Assembly (NCBI GenBank): GCA_043228905.1
Contig: JBHGNT010000006.1
Coordinates: forward strand, 20,212,001-20,276,000
From: Azolla caroliniana
Taxonomy: Eukaryota > Plantae > Polypodiophyta
Direction: 5' to 3'
DNA length: 64,000 nucleotides
Position 1 is the stretch's first letter. Each line of letters starts with the position of its first letter. Shown here one piece after another: positions 12,701 through 25,800 of this stretch. Made by a program: the position numbers and the translations under genes. The notes below the pieces were generated by a model that worked only from the letters and a program-made list of their open reading frames with translations, did not search any database and was not told the origin of the DNA.

Positions 12701-15544
12701 GAATCAACTTTATTGTACATTGTTAGTGGGCAACATTCCTTGACAGTGAAGGGCGTGTAGTTGACTCAAAGGCCTTAAGGAAGAGGATATTTTATGGTGG
12801 ACTTGGCCATGCCATACGTTGTGAGGTTAGTAGAAATACTTTTACTTCTCCATTCATTTGTTTACTGGTTTGCGATATGCCTTTTTTGTTCCATTTTAGG
12901 TGTGGAAATTTCTTCTAGGATATCACCATTATGATTCAACATATGAAGAACGAGAAGCATTTCGCGCCAGGAAACACAAAGAGTACAAGATTTTAGAGGC
13001 TCAATGGCAGGTATGGAACAGTTAATTCAATACATCTTCTGGATATTTTGTGAGAAGCAAACTATTCAGACAATTGGCATGATATCTGTAAAGGCAATTT
13101 CTTGTTATTATGATGATTATGCATGCCCGAGTGTAGTGATATGCTTCATCAAGTCTTTGGAAAGCTCTGGTACCCTGAAATCATTCCATGAGGTTGATTT
13201 TCTAGGAAGCCAAGATGAATATTTTGATTTTTCCATTAACTTATAAATGTTGGTAGTTTGTGAGCAGGAGTGTGTGGGGTTCACGTTTGAAATGGTCACA
13301 CTGGACATTTCAGATGAGGACACCAGCTTAGGAAACGGTTTAAGGTTGAAATATGTGTCGTTTTGAGATCATTTCAAAACTAGGGTTACGCATGCAGGGA
13401 AAATTTCTGACTGTATTATGGGCTGCAACTGTTTTTCCTAGCTATACATGAGAAGATAGAGATTATTAGATCTGAAATCGTAGATTTTTCAAGACAACAT
13501 TTCAATGATTTGATTAAAGCCATCTTATTGTTCAGACAATATCAGAAGAACAGGAAAAGCGTTTTGCTAAATTTCGTGAACGTAGAAGTCGAATAGAGAA
13601 GGATGTGGTATGCCTTTTTCGTTTTTACAGATGCGTTGGTTTCATAGCTCTTATACTAAAGGCTGTCATTAGGTTGGCATTGTTTGATAGGTTCGAACAG
13701 ACCGAATTTTGCCATTCTATGCAGGAGAAGACAACCCTAATATAACAAAGATGCATAATATCCTGGTCACATATTCATTCTACAATTTTGACCTTGGCTA
13801 TTGTCAGGTATCCTAATTGATATAGTTTATGTTGATATCCTGGTTGTTGCTAGAGGTATTGCAAAATATTCAATATCATATTAAGCTTCTAATAAAATTC
13901 ACTTTATAACAGGGCATGAGTGATTTCTTATCACCTATTCTATATGTAGTGGAAGATGAGTCAGAATCTTTCTGGTGTTTTGTGGCTCTTATGGAGTGCA
14001 TGGCACCAAATTTCAACCGTGATCAAAATGGAATGCATTCACAGCTCCTGGCAGTCTCCAAGGTTGCTAGCTTCCAATGAAACTTTTATTAATTAATTTC
14101 TGTCAACATGTCGAATTAGATAACCTTTTGGCCAATGAAGTGTGTGGTGACAAAAATTAGATATAGTATCCTATTTAAAACATTTTTAGAATTGGCCACA
14201 GTTCATCAATGTGAATATGGAAATAGAGCAAGAATATGCATGAATAATATCAATATAGTAGAAAAAATCCAACACACTGCATTGTACAGCATGTCGTTAC
14301 TCTTGTTGTATGATGCAGCAAACCATAAAAAGTCATATATGTTGGATAATTTATGAATCATGATTTATCAACAGTAACAGTCCCTAACAGCGCGAAATCT
14401 TTGTTCATGTTTTCACATTCCATCTATTAATCCAAATTTTTACAAATGCTGATGCATCTAAATTTCTTTAATGAAGAGGTAATTCTCATATTATCGCTCT
14501 CGTTCAGTAGACCCATCAAATTAGGCTTAAGAGAAATTTTAGCAAGAGCAGTTGCAATAAAAGGTGTTATTCTGTCATTGCATATGTGTAAGTCTCATAA
14601 AGTTCAGAATTTAAATTGAATCTGATTTACAATCAGAAAATAGAACATAGTTCAATTGTGACACAAGATTCTATTACTGGGAATTGAGCGATCTCTTGAT
14701 TAGTAAAGAATCCAAACCAATTAGCCCTATTATCTGTTAAAATAAATATCCACTGTGGATATGATTGAAATGCTATCTGTCATCGTGTTTTCTTTTCAGT
14801 TGGTCGAGCTACTGGACATCCCTTTGCATAAATATTTGAAGCAGGCAGACTGTTTAAATTATTTCTTTTGTTTTCGTTGGATCCTCATACAATTCAAAAG
14901 GTCAGTGACATATATTGTTCTTGCTTATTACCTTAGCACATGAGATAGGGAGAACATAGGGTGGGGATGGCATTTAGAAAATTGGAAAAATGAATAAATA
15001 AATACACATAAGTACATATTATAATTGTATATAAGGACTCAATTCAAGGCAGAGACAGCTAAAAAGTGTCATGCCATGGCCCATTACCACTTCTAAGCAT
15101 CTTAAAAGTTATGCCAACTTTCAGTTGTTCAACTGCTGTTATAAGTCATAAGACCTTGAGTACTATGAAAGATTTCCGCTTAGATCTGAAAATGGATATG
15201 GTAACTGTTTTTTCTTTAACCATATGTTTCTCTCTCATGACAGGGAGTTTGAATATGAAAATGTCATGAGACTCTGGGAGGTTTTCTGGACCCATTACCT
15301 GACAGAGCATTTTCATTTGTATATGTGTGTGGCATTACTAAAAAAGTATCGGAGGAAAATTGTGGAAGAGAGAATGGATTTTGATACTTTATTAAAGTTT
15401 ATTAATGGACTTAGTGGGCATATCAATCTTGAAGCAGTGTTACGAGAAGCTGAAGCATTATGTATAGTAGCTGGTGACTTGGGTGTATCATGCATACCTG
15501 AAGGTACTCCTCCAGCCTTGTCTATTCCAAGAGATGGTGTATAA
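3706..15544 (+). CDS. TBC1D15/TBC1D17 (Gyp7)-like Rab GTPase-activating protein, 17 exons, ~602 aa
   Basis: GT-AG exons join in frame: 3706-3783, 5244-5375, 5477-5552, 5635-5742, 5840-5924, 11258-11315, 12029-12126, 12231-12321, 12401-12475, 12585-12641, 12727-12825, 12900-13010, 13536-13607, 13691-13807, 13913-14062, 14800-14900, 15244-15544. N-terminal motifs [38 protein letters not shown] arginine finger IEKDVVRTDR and glutamine finger YCQGMSD intact; also [14 protein letters not shown]. Start could instead be ATG 3781. Confidence 0.93.
4430..5235. repeat. Diverged tandem repeat array in RabGAP intron 1
   Basis: Recurrent motifs TTGCCAAA, TGTGCAAGGACA, TGTTAAAAG and CATCTTCTGGATCA at roughly 120-bp spacing. 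Confidence 0.6.
5935..6282. repeat. AT-rich MITE-like element with AACCGAACC/GGTTCGGTT inverted subrepeats
   Basis: Clusters of AACCG/CGGTT motifs at both ends around an A/T palindromic core (AAAAATTTTAAAATTTTT). No TSD identified. Confidence 0.55.
6283..10960 (-). mobile_element. Decayed Ty1/copia LTR retrotransposon, antisense in intron 5 of the RabGAP gene
   Basis: Minus-strand order gag ([10 protein letters not shown]; knuckle [14 protein letters not shown]), protease ([10 protein letters not shown]), GAG-pre-integrase (LWHARFGH), integrase (LVHSDVCGP; PQQNGVTER), RT (LYVDD), RNase H (ADIFTKAL). Broken by frameshifts, stops and deletions. PBS TGGTATCAGAGC (tRNA-iMet) at 10782-10793; PPT AGGGGGGGTT at ~6324-6333. 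LTRs incomplete, outer limits approximate. Confidence 0.93.
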
Positions 15545-16744
15545 TGTATCATAATACGTAATTGGATTGTTGTATATAAATTAGACCTTGCTTGTATAGC
15601 TGTTGAATGAAAGTTCTAAACAGGGAACTTTCTCTATTTGTGAAATTGGCCATATATACTAACATTTAAGTCCTTTGAACAACAATGTACATAAACCAAC
15701 ATTCTTGGCCTGGTATTGTTGTGTTAACAAGCATACATGTTGATTGATAGAAACACTTGTGGTCGGTTTTTCAAGCATGCTTTGCACCATGTTAGCCCAA
15801 AAAATAGATTGAAATGAAACATTACCTTGCTACAATTTGATTAATTGCCTCTTAAGATGTATATGTCTAAATAAGTGTATGGGATAACAAGGGCCTTATA
15901 ACTTGTTAATCATGAAGTTTTGTATGTTGTGCTTTATATATATAGCCAGAATGCTAAGTTTCCGATAGCAGCAAAGCTAAAGTGTTAACTCTCGGACATC
16001 TAATAACAAGAAACATTAATATATTTAAGTTTGACTTATCAAGTCAAAATTTCATTTTAATTGTAATAATTTTAAGTTGTGAGAAGCATTGAGATTGCTC
16101 GAGTTTGCTAATGAGAAAAATAGTGATTGTAAATCAGGCGAGTCCTACACTTAGTTTATCATATTTTTCTCTTCACACAAGCATTGTTGTATATTTATAG
16201 CCTCTTGCAATGATAAACTAATGGATTGCACTCTACTTCAGTTAATGTCTATGTGAACACTTTTGTGCTAGAAATAGAATATCAAGTCTTTAAGGAGTTG
16301 AGATTGGTCTACAACAATAAAGTTTGCAATGTATTCATTAAGGGTAATGAATTCCTTTCAAAGAGATGCAAAGTCAATGGTTGAACTGATGTAGTCGTAG
16401 GCCTCAAAGCTTCTTCTAATTTCAATAGTGTATCTCTCTTGCTTGATCTTTGATTCGTATGCTTGACAATGGTTTCAGCTTTTGTAGGACAAGGTTAAAT
16501 ATCATATCAAAACTCCACGAATTGTCAAGAGTTTAATGCCCAAGCTTGTTATGTATTGTGGTGTTGTGAGTCGTAAAATTGAGAATGGCTCTATCTTCCT
16601 TTCAAAAGAATTTCAATACCAATAAGTGGGAATTAATGTTTGTCGATATTGGGGATGTATATGCATAAACTATGTTGCTTTAAGTATTCAGAATCTTGAT
16701 CCTCATTTGGAGGGGACTTCTTGCATGGCTTAACAGATGATTTA

Positions 16745-17330
16745 GTCAAGCCAATTCTCGTAAGTTTCAATCTTGTGATGATATTGCCCCTAAAACCCAA
16801 ATTTTTTGATTTCTCATAAGGTGTTGGCAGAGTCATCAATATAATGTTTGCCAATTCCTAGTTGGCATCTTTATTGTTGAGACTAGGATGGTATCTTATT
16901 GTCTTCAAGTTCCTGAGTTTCGTTCTTGTGGCAAATGCCTTCATAGTAGTTCATTGTTCATAAATCCAAGAATTTCACCTCTAACAATGAAATATGACCA
17001 ACACAATCAGACCAAATTACTCTGGTCTCGGAGACCAACACAACAGGACCAAAGTCTTATCACGTTATTCCATGTTAATGCATTCAAAGCACAAGCTTTT
17101 CTGAGCACTCTAATTTTTTCAAAGTAACATTGTTGAATTTGCGTCTCGACCAGTCAAGGAAAGGAATCCTCGATAGAAAGGGCAGAGCAACCAATGCACA
17201 TTGAAGAGGCAAACTGGTCGTTCCGCCTCGAGATCCAACTACGAGCTTTTTAACTACAATGACTTAAATATACGCTATTGGAGTTGGAATTACCACAAAT
17301 GGGTCCTCATTCAAGGATTTAGATTGTGCT
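16745..17330 (-). pseudogene. Decayed dispersed 18S rRNA gene fragment (central region)
   Basis: Plus-strand text matches the reverse complement of conserved 18S segments: GAGATCCAACTACGAGCTTTTTAACT, TTAAATATACGCTATTGGAG.TGGAATTACC, TCATAAATCCAAGAATTTCACCTCT, TTTGATTTCTCATAAGGTG, GAGCACTCTAATTT. Many transitions and several internal deletions. Confidence 0.92.
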
Positions 17331-18496
17331 AGATTGAACCTATGCTCTCATTAAAATGGTATGTGAGTTGGGTTCAAAAATGTTGTGAGACATGGAAGTT
17401 TTGCGTATCTTGCTTAGACTTGGGGAATGCTTGATGTAGATATTGATCAATTTTAATTGGCCAATCTAAAAAAATTGCATTGGAGAGGTTCACAATGTGG
17501 GAATCTAACATATAATGAATGTTATTGTAAGTGCTAAGAACACCACACCCTTGGATTTGCTCATATGTTTTTGAGAAAGCGAATGTAAACTCAAATGATT
17601 GAGAAAAGCCACCATGAACAAACCCAATTGCACATAAATAAATCTAGCATTTTGAAGACCATCAAAAGATACGTTTAAGAAGTCACATTTGGTAATGTCC
17701 AAGTACAAAACATCCTTAATGGCTACTGAACTTGTTTTTCATTTGGTCATCGAACCTGTAGTTGATACAAATAATGAAAATTATAACAATTTTTATACAT
17801 CACACATAATCAATAGATAAAGCTGCTTAATGCAATCAGTTTCTTACTTTGTGGAAAGCTACTTCACTTGTGTCCTCAAAGAATGGTACTCCTTTCTTAC
17901 ACTTTCAGCCACCAAAATGGTTGTTTTCTCCGCTGATCATGTAGGAATCATAACTTTGTGAATTGTTTACAGTAATGAATCGATATTTATTTATTTATTT
18001 ATTTAGACGAAGAAAAAAGATAATGGCATTGACAATAGTGAGTGAATCAATGGAAATAATTTGGAGGAAAACCATTATATACATTAATCAAATAGAAATG
18101 GATCCTTTGAGAGAGTGCATCATTATAGAGGAGCATGAGTTTGCGTTGTTTATTATTGACAAATTCATTTGAATGGGAGAGCAATATACGTTCACCTACA
18201 TATTGATCTCCCGCAACCTACAAAACCTCATCTAAGCGTCATTGTTTTGTACAAGGGTTGCCAGATGGCCAACTGCCGATGTGATCCTCCTCAGATATTG
18301 GGCACCAATGGTTCAAAAACATCTCCTTTTGCAACCATGCCATCATGCTCACATACATGCACAAAGGAGGTATGCATGCACTCTTACTGCCAAAGTTGGA
18401 TGCACTGTACGTTTGATGTGCCCACCATGCTTCACGTTGCTCGCCTACCCACAGAGACGGACGTGAGGATGTATCTCATGTCGTGTTATGCTATAT

Positions 18497-19080
18497 ATGA
18501 TGTATGTATGTATGTACTAGAGGCAAGCTTTGAGTCGGCCTTTTAGTGACAGAGGTTGTCGACTTTTTATATGAATCAGACGGTGCAAATTTGCACGCGC
18601 CCTCAGTTGAGCGACCTGCACCATTCGTGCCCGTGATTCCGTCGTCAGGCCTCTTTATGATTCTGGTGCAAATAGACACATCAACATATGACATATGTAT
18701 GTATGTATGTACTAGAGGCAAGCTTCGAGTCGGCCTTCTAGTGACAGAGGTTGTCGACTTTTTATATGAATTAGACGATGCAGATCTGCACGCGCCCTCA
18801 GCTGAGCGACCTGCACCATCTGTGCCCGTGATTCCGTCGTCAGGCCTCTTTATGATTTTGTTGCAAATAGACACATCGACATATGACATATGACACGTGT
18901 ATGTATGTATGTACTAGAGGCAAGCTTTGAGTCGGCCTTCTAGTGACAGAGGTTGTCGACTTTTTATACGAATCCGACGGTGTAGATCTACACGCGCCCT
19001 CAGCTGAGCGACATGTTCTGTCATCATGCCTCTTTATGATTTTGGTGCAAATAGACACATTGACATATGACATATGACAT
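18497..19080. repeat. Three tandem ~195-200 bp units separated by (ATGT)n, homologous to the MULE end at 48955-49076
   Basis: Units start TACTAGAGGCAAGCTT at 18515, 18710 and 18912 and end AAATAGACAC. The core GACGGTGCAGATC...GAGCGACCTGCA...CCGTGATTCC...CTCTTTATGATT...ATAGACAC matches the reverse complement of 48955-49060. Confidence 0.88.
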
Positions 19081-19325
19081 ATGTATGTATGTATGTATCA
19101 TGTATGTATGTATGTGTCATGTATGTATGTATGTATCATGTATGTATGCATCATACTATCATGTATGTATGTATGTATGTATGTATTTATGTATGCATCA
19201 TACTATCATGTATGTATGTATGTATCACTTTGTATGTATGTATATACATGTAAGCATGATGACGTTTTTGGCAATGAATCAATACATACATACATACATA
19301 ATGATAAAACATATGTATACACATA
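19080..19325. repeat. Compound (ATGT)n/(ACAT)n microsatellite
   Basis: Direct reading; source of the MYVCMYV-type spurious ORFs. Confidence 0.95.
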
Positions 19326-19823
19326 AAACGATATGATGTGTGCTGGCGACACAGACAAGGTTAGGGTTTCTTCCACGACGCTTCTCTTCTGCTCCTTCAT
19401 CTTCTACACAGGTGGACTGTGGACACACAGGAGAAGGTTTAAGAGTTTCTTTGACACACGGGGGACAATCATCTTCATCTTCTTTGGATGTCATCCACCT
19501 TTAGCAAGATCTTTGCTTGGCTTTCTTTCGAATCTCCGCTTTTGGATCCTTCCATTCTCACCTCCTTTCAATCGGTTCTTCTTGATCCGGGCTAACCAAC
19601 ATATTTCGACTTGTTTAATGCCCTCTGATCAGTCAAGAGGTTTCTTGATCAGAAGTTCCGCTTTCAATTCAGTGCTTTGATTGCTCTCAATTCATTTTGA
19701 TTAAGCCAACGAACAAGTTCTTTTATCACCTTCTATCATCGTGCTTTGATAAACGGAAAGCCTTTTTTTATCCGTGCGACCTGATCAGGTTAACGAGCAG
19801 TTTTTTTATGCTTTTCATCTAGA

Positions 19824-22800
19824 ATGGATGAATCATCAAGAAAGAAACCAGGCCATGGTTCTCTCTCTGATTCTGAACATAATGAAGCTGGACCTTCTAC
19901 AAACCTTTCACTTGATATTCGTCCTGAGCTCTCGGAAGAAACCATACGTCGTCTCCTTCATCTTTCAAGAAAAGGAGATATGGACGCTATTACAAATTTG
20001 GCCTTACAAGGTGTTGATGTAAATGCAAGTGACTGCGATAATCGCACTGCGCTTCATTTTGCGTCTTGTTCAGGCCATAAGAAAGTTGTTGAGTTTCTTC
20101 TACAAATGGGAGCTAATGTCAATGTACAAGATCGGTTTGGTTGTACTGTGAGTATCATTTACGCCACTCTCTCTGACATTGGTGTCATTCCTAAGTTCTC
20201 TCTCTGTTTGACAAGTGATATCATTTCTTAAGTTCTTAAATTACATCCTTTTGTTATTGAATCGGTAGCCTCTTCCAAGCTTATAGTGTTTTCTTCCTAA
20301 AGAAAACTACATCCTTCATTTATCTAGTTTGATGTTTTCCAGATTTTTACTAGGATTATTGGACTTGCATTAACTTCATAGTGGAAGGTGAGATGATCTC
20401 TAATGCAGACTTCTTAACACCAAATGGAAATGTATGGACCATATATCTCAAATTATGTGATCGAGGAAAAATCTCAATTCCATGGAAATCACACAGAAAT
20501 CTACCTAACTCCTTTGAAGTCGCAAGGACATCATGAACACCTGGTTGCAAAAGAAACTTACAGCCTCAATTTTTGTTTAGTTCTTGGATTCTCAACCTTT
20601 CTTGGCTAACTCAACTACCTTCCTGAATTCTCATCTTTTATCTATCAAATTCTTAGATTGGAAAGCTTTTCCATGATTACTCAACTGATTGGCTCAAGGA
20701 AATTGCATTGTTTACTAATTAGTTCGTGGATTTACCGTGTTTCTCTCGCTTACTAACTACGATATCTAAAGAAAATGAAACCCTTTCTTAGTTTATTTTG
20801 TGCATTGACAGCCTCTGTCCGATGCAAAGCATTATTGCAATGAAGAAGTGTGCAAAATACTAGAAGAATCTGGTGCTAAACTTCCAGTGAGTATCCTCAA
20901 CCCTCTTTGGATTAGTGTTCAAAGTGTCATATGATCAAAATATACGCACGTTGTTCTTGTTTGATAGGAGAGTATCCAAAATCCAGCTGATCTAAGTATG
21001 CAAAGCAGAAATTTGGATGATGAACCTGACAATGAAGCTATACCAGATGCAATCTGCTCAGCACAAGATAGCAAACTCTCCAAGGTAATTAATGCATCAT
21101 GATCCTTGGCTATGTAGATTCTTGGTTATTCCAAGCATGTAATGATGCTAACTTTTGAGTTAACTTTATTTTCTGATGTAAAACACAAATTACAATAATG
21201 TAAGGCCAAGGTTTTTGAAACAATTTCAATTTTTTTAAAACACAATTCCTCGGTGGTTACATTTTTCTCTCAATTTGCGTTTGTTCTGAATACTATTATT
21301 ACTTTGCAATGCAGTGCTAGGCACATATATCTTGGGAGCACAATTCTATTGCTGAACACATTTGTTTTGATAATTATGAATGTTTACTGTAGCAGTCAAT
21401 GTTGTGCTCTATTTCTCCTTCAACCAATGAATTGAATTTCTGCCACATTGTTGGGAAGTGTTTGCTGTAGCAATGGTTTGAAAAGGGAGATTTAATGTTA
21501 TTCCCTTCTTAGGACATGAAGCAACATCATGATAAATGAAAGAGTTTCTTTAAGCTGTTATGAAGCTATCCCTTTCGTTATCTATACTTATGGAGGGTTC
21601 TCTTAATTTAGTGGGGGTTTTCATATATCCTGAAAAAAAATACATATTGAATAGAAAGAACCAAAACTCAAAAACGTCACCAAACAGGTTGATAACGGTA
21701 TCATGTAGTTGTTTTAGCTTATTAACATTATAATCTCCCCTAAATTTTCTTGGAATTCCTGGATGATGAACACATCCGCATAGAAAAGAATCACTGTTTT
21801 CCTCAAGGATTTCAATTGCAATTGCAATGGGCACTATCTTTCTGTAGTTTTTGTCTTCACTGTAAGTCTTATATTTTTTTCAATAACTATCAGGTTTTTA
21901 AGGGAAAGGAATTGGAGATGCTTGCATTATGCTTGCGCACACCACTAGTATCAATCCGTGTGGGGAAAATTCAACGTCAAGGTCGTCTTTTGTGTCCAAC
22001 AAGTTTGAGGTAATTTTCTTGCATAAAGCGAATGAAACTGGTGACTCCTAGACTTTGAAATTTCTATTGATTAGCCATGATGGTTGTTTTTGAAGTATAT
22101 GAAATTCAAAATCAAGATTCGAAGTGAAAGGAGAATGTGTGTTAATGCCTAAAAGTTCAGATCAATAGGAAGTTTTAGACTTTTGGGCGTCGGAATGTGT
22201 GAACTGGAATTGATATTAAATGAATAGTTGGCCTAAATAATCATATTTCAAAGAGGTTATACGTAGAGTTTTCACCAATATGGCTAGTTTTTTTATTGTT
22301 TCCCTACTAAAATGATAGCTGGCAATATACAGTAAACGTGATTATATTTAATTTCATTTAGGTGGTGTATAGGTTATTTATGTTGCACACTGTTCACAAC
22401 TATGACTTAATCTAACATCTGGGGAAACTAGATGGTTCCTGAGCAATGAAGTTGACATCATGTAGATTGATACTCCGTTCCTGTATTTCCTTGTTGATAC
22501 GTAATAAAAGAGGATACAATAAGATAGAGCTCAATGCTACAAGCATACTCAAAAGACTATTTCGGCAGCTAAAACCTACATGTACAGCTTTCGAGTTACT
22601 CTCACTAGAGGATGCTTGAAAAGAGATCAAATCAGTTATACAGCTGCAGATTGCAGCACTCTAAAATTATTTCCTGTCAGCATATCCAATAGTTCAAGCC
22701 TACTTCAGCAACTAAAACGTACATAGAGAGCTTCCAAGATGCTCTCCATGGAGCATATTAAAAAAAGAGCAGATCATATATGATACTTGCAGACTTGAGC

Positions 22801-25800
22801 ATGTTAAAATGACTTTCGATTGGCTCTCAATGTTAATTTTGAATTCTACTTCAAAAAGGTTTGTTTCAATAGGATAATTTTTGTGCTGCCAAGCACCACC
22901 TCCGCAAAAGTGCACACTTATAACCTTTAAGTGAATTTATGTCGCTTCCTGTAGAAGGCACAAGTTTACGATTGGACTCTTAAACCTCCACACATCAGCA
23001 CAGATGCTAAGGGGACTGGCTGACCACATGTAGGGCCCTGATCCTTGGGCTTATTTATTAACCTTGCCTTTACTGGTCTTGGAACTGTTCGTCCTTGGGC
23101 AATCACTATGGCTGTACAATGCTATCTTGCCTGATCTTCAAGAGCTCTATAGCAGCAAGTACAGAAATAGCTACTAAATAATGTAATAAAAGGATACATT
23201 ACTGCCTACTGGATATTGCATATATAAATGCATATATATTGTGTAGGCATGTAATATATGTATAGCATTGTTGTAGAATACTTAGCATACAATACGTGTA
23301 GAATACGTATGCTAAGTATTCTACAAGTATTCTAACGTTTTTTTTTAAATACTTAGAATACTTATTTTACAGATAAAATACGTTAAATACTAAGAATACT
23401 TGTAGAATACTTTAAATACGTAGTAGAGTACTTGTAAAATATGTTAAATACTTCTTAAATTTTAAATTTTGTTCAAAAACAAAAATATTATGCTAAGTAT
23501 TCTAACGTTTTTTTTTAAATACTTAGAATACTAAAATACTAAGAATACTTGTAGAATACTTTAAATACGTAGTAGAGTACTTGTAAAATACGTTAAATAT
23601 TTCTTAAATTTTAAATTTTGTTCAAAAACAAAAATATTAAAAATTGTAAATTGTTTTTGAAATGATAAATACTAGTTAAATACGTAGAATATGTCAAATT
23701 TTTAGAATACAGAGAAGATGTGAGAATTTGAATAATGGCATTTCTAAAACATAGAATACTTGTAGAATACTTCAGAATATTCTAAAACGTATTCTAAACA
23801 TAGAATGTGCATTTTTTTAACAACTGTGATGTATAGAAATAATGATTAACGAAAATGGAAGGAGGGGTTCAAAAGTGCACAAAAGTTATGGACCTTAATT
23901 TTAAGAAACATGCACTGTAGAATTCTGTAAGTATTTTTTTTATATTTTTGTGCATATTTTGGAGTTGGTTATTTGGCTAATGAAGTCCTTCAGAATCTCG
24001 TCATCATTCATGGTTGTTTGTAGGATTTACCATTTGAACAGCTGAATAATTTGATCAGATTTTCCCTGAAGGGTTTGCATGTGCATGGGTGACTTTTTTG
24101 TCTGTATGAAATGGAAATTTTGGATTGCTAGTAAAGACAATTTTACATACTTACATAGTGAATACACAGGCATTATGTTTGTGGATTGTCTTATTTGAAA
24201 CATTACCAAAATACGAATCTACATGAACCCTGTTTCATGCTTGCAAATTCTTTTACAATTTGTCAGGTTCGTCTTGCGCTCTGTGGCATCAACCATAAAA
24301 TAATATTTTGTAACCGTCAAACATGGGAATGCAAGCCATGAGGATCACAGTAGCAATTGTGTGAAGTGTGAATGTATGCTGATTAATATGACCTCAAGAT
24401 TTGAGTTTAGGATGGAATATCTGGTGCTCATAATGTTTAAGTGCCCTATTGATGAATCAATATGATATGGAATGATATGTCTTACTTATTGCTTACCATT
24501 TGACTGGATTTTGATATTTCAACTCGCAAATAGTAATCCTCAGTAGAATTTTAATAAACTTTCAGTATTTTATATATGGCATCGTAATTTTCTGTTTCTG
24601 TAGTGTGTGTTCTTCAAAATCATTTGTTTAATGCTTCATAATACAAGTTTTGATCTTAATGGTGAATGCTTGGTTTCTTTTTTAGGGGATATCTGAACTT
24701 GGCAATGCTTCCTTGCTCGGAGATGCAGTTATTGTTTACGGGTGACAATGGTGTCATTGAAAGGATTGCTGATATAAAATCTGTTGATAAGAGTAATAAT
24801 ATAGCCCTTGACATACTTGATCCGGATCCTTCTGGCAGATCTTTTGTCTTGAAAGAATATGATGGTGGCAAGCACTTTTTTTGGCAATCTGAAAGATCAA
24901 AGGCGCTGGGTGACGAGTTATTGGGTGATGTGAGTTCTAAGAGCAAGAGCAAGATGTTTTTTTAAATCTCTGATCCTTTTTTGTTTGTGTTTGTATCGAT
25001 CTCACTTAACTCCCTTTTCCTGTTTTCATTGTTTTTACAGCTGAAATTTTTTCTCTCACAAAGACCAACATTATCTCAACTTACTGGGGTGGATGATTAT
25101 CGGCTGGATACTTATGTTAATTGTCTTGCAGATGCATTTGCTGCAACTGCATTTGATATTGATGCATGCACATCATTCTCTTCAAGAAATTTCAGGGCTC
25201 AGAGTTCTCGCAATAGATCATTAGTCCAACAATTAATTGGAAAGAAAGCCCCAACTACGATGCCAATGCTTTCGTCGAGCATACGATCTTTATGCAATGA
25301 CCCTTCAGCTACCCATAATGTATATAACATTCCAGATCTTTGTTGTGAAACTCATCCACCACCCACTATTAGCAATTGTGTAGCTGTTTGTTTCAAAAGA
25401 GATGAAATCACTGAACCCAGAACTGGGTTTGTTGATTTAAGCACAGTATCATCTTATGTATCTGATTTTCAAAGACTTGTTTTGAATGATGTTCCTTTTT
25501 CACAGCAACTAATTGGTCTCCCAATGATTTCTTCTACATTTTCTTCAGCCTCAACTTTTCTACCATCTCTGCTTGGAAGATCTTTGAGTTCTAGCGATCC
25601 AATTCCTTCTTATTCGACCATTTCTCCAACTTATTTAGCTCCTTACTACTGTCCTTGCCCAATGAGGGCGTCGTCCCAGCAATTCACTACTTCATGTCTT
25701 TCGCCCATTACTCCAACATATTTAGCTCCTTACTACTGTCCTTGTCCCTTAAGATCTTCATCCCAACAGTATAATCCACCATTTCTTCCACCTATAGGTG

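Noticed and set aside
18497-19080. Possible CRISPR-like repeat/spacer array
   Set aside because: Units are ~195 bp, the linkers are microsatellite rather than unique spacers, the context is eukaryotic, and the unit matches a transposon end.
19067-19336. MYVCMYV ORFs
   Set aside because: Translations of (ATGT)n microsatellite.
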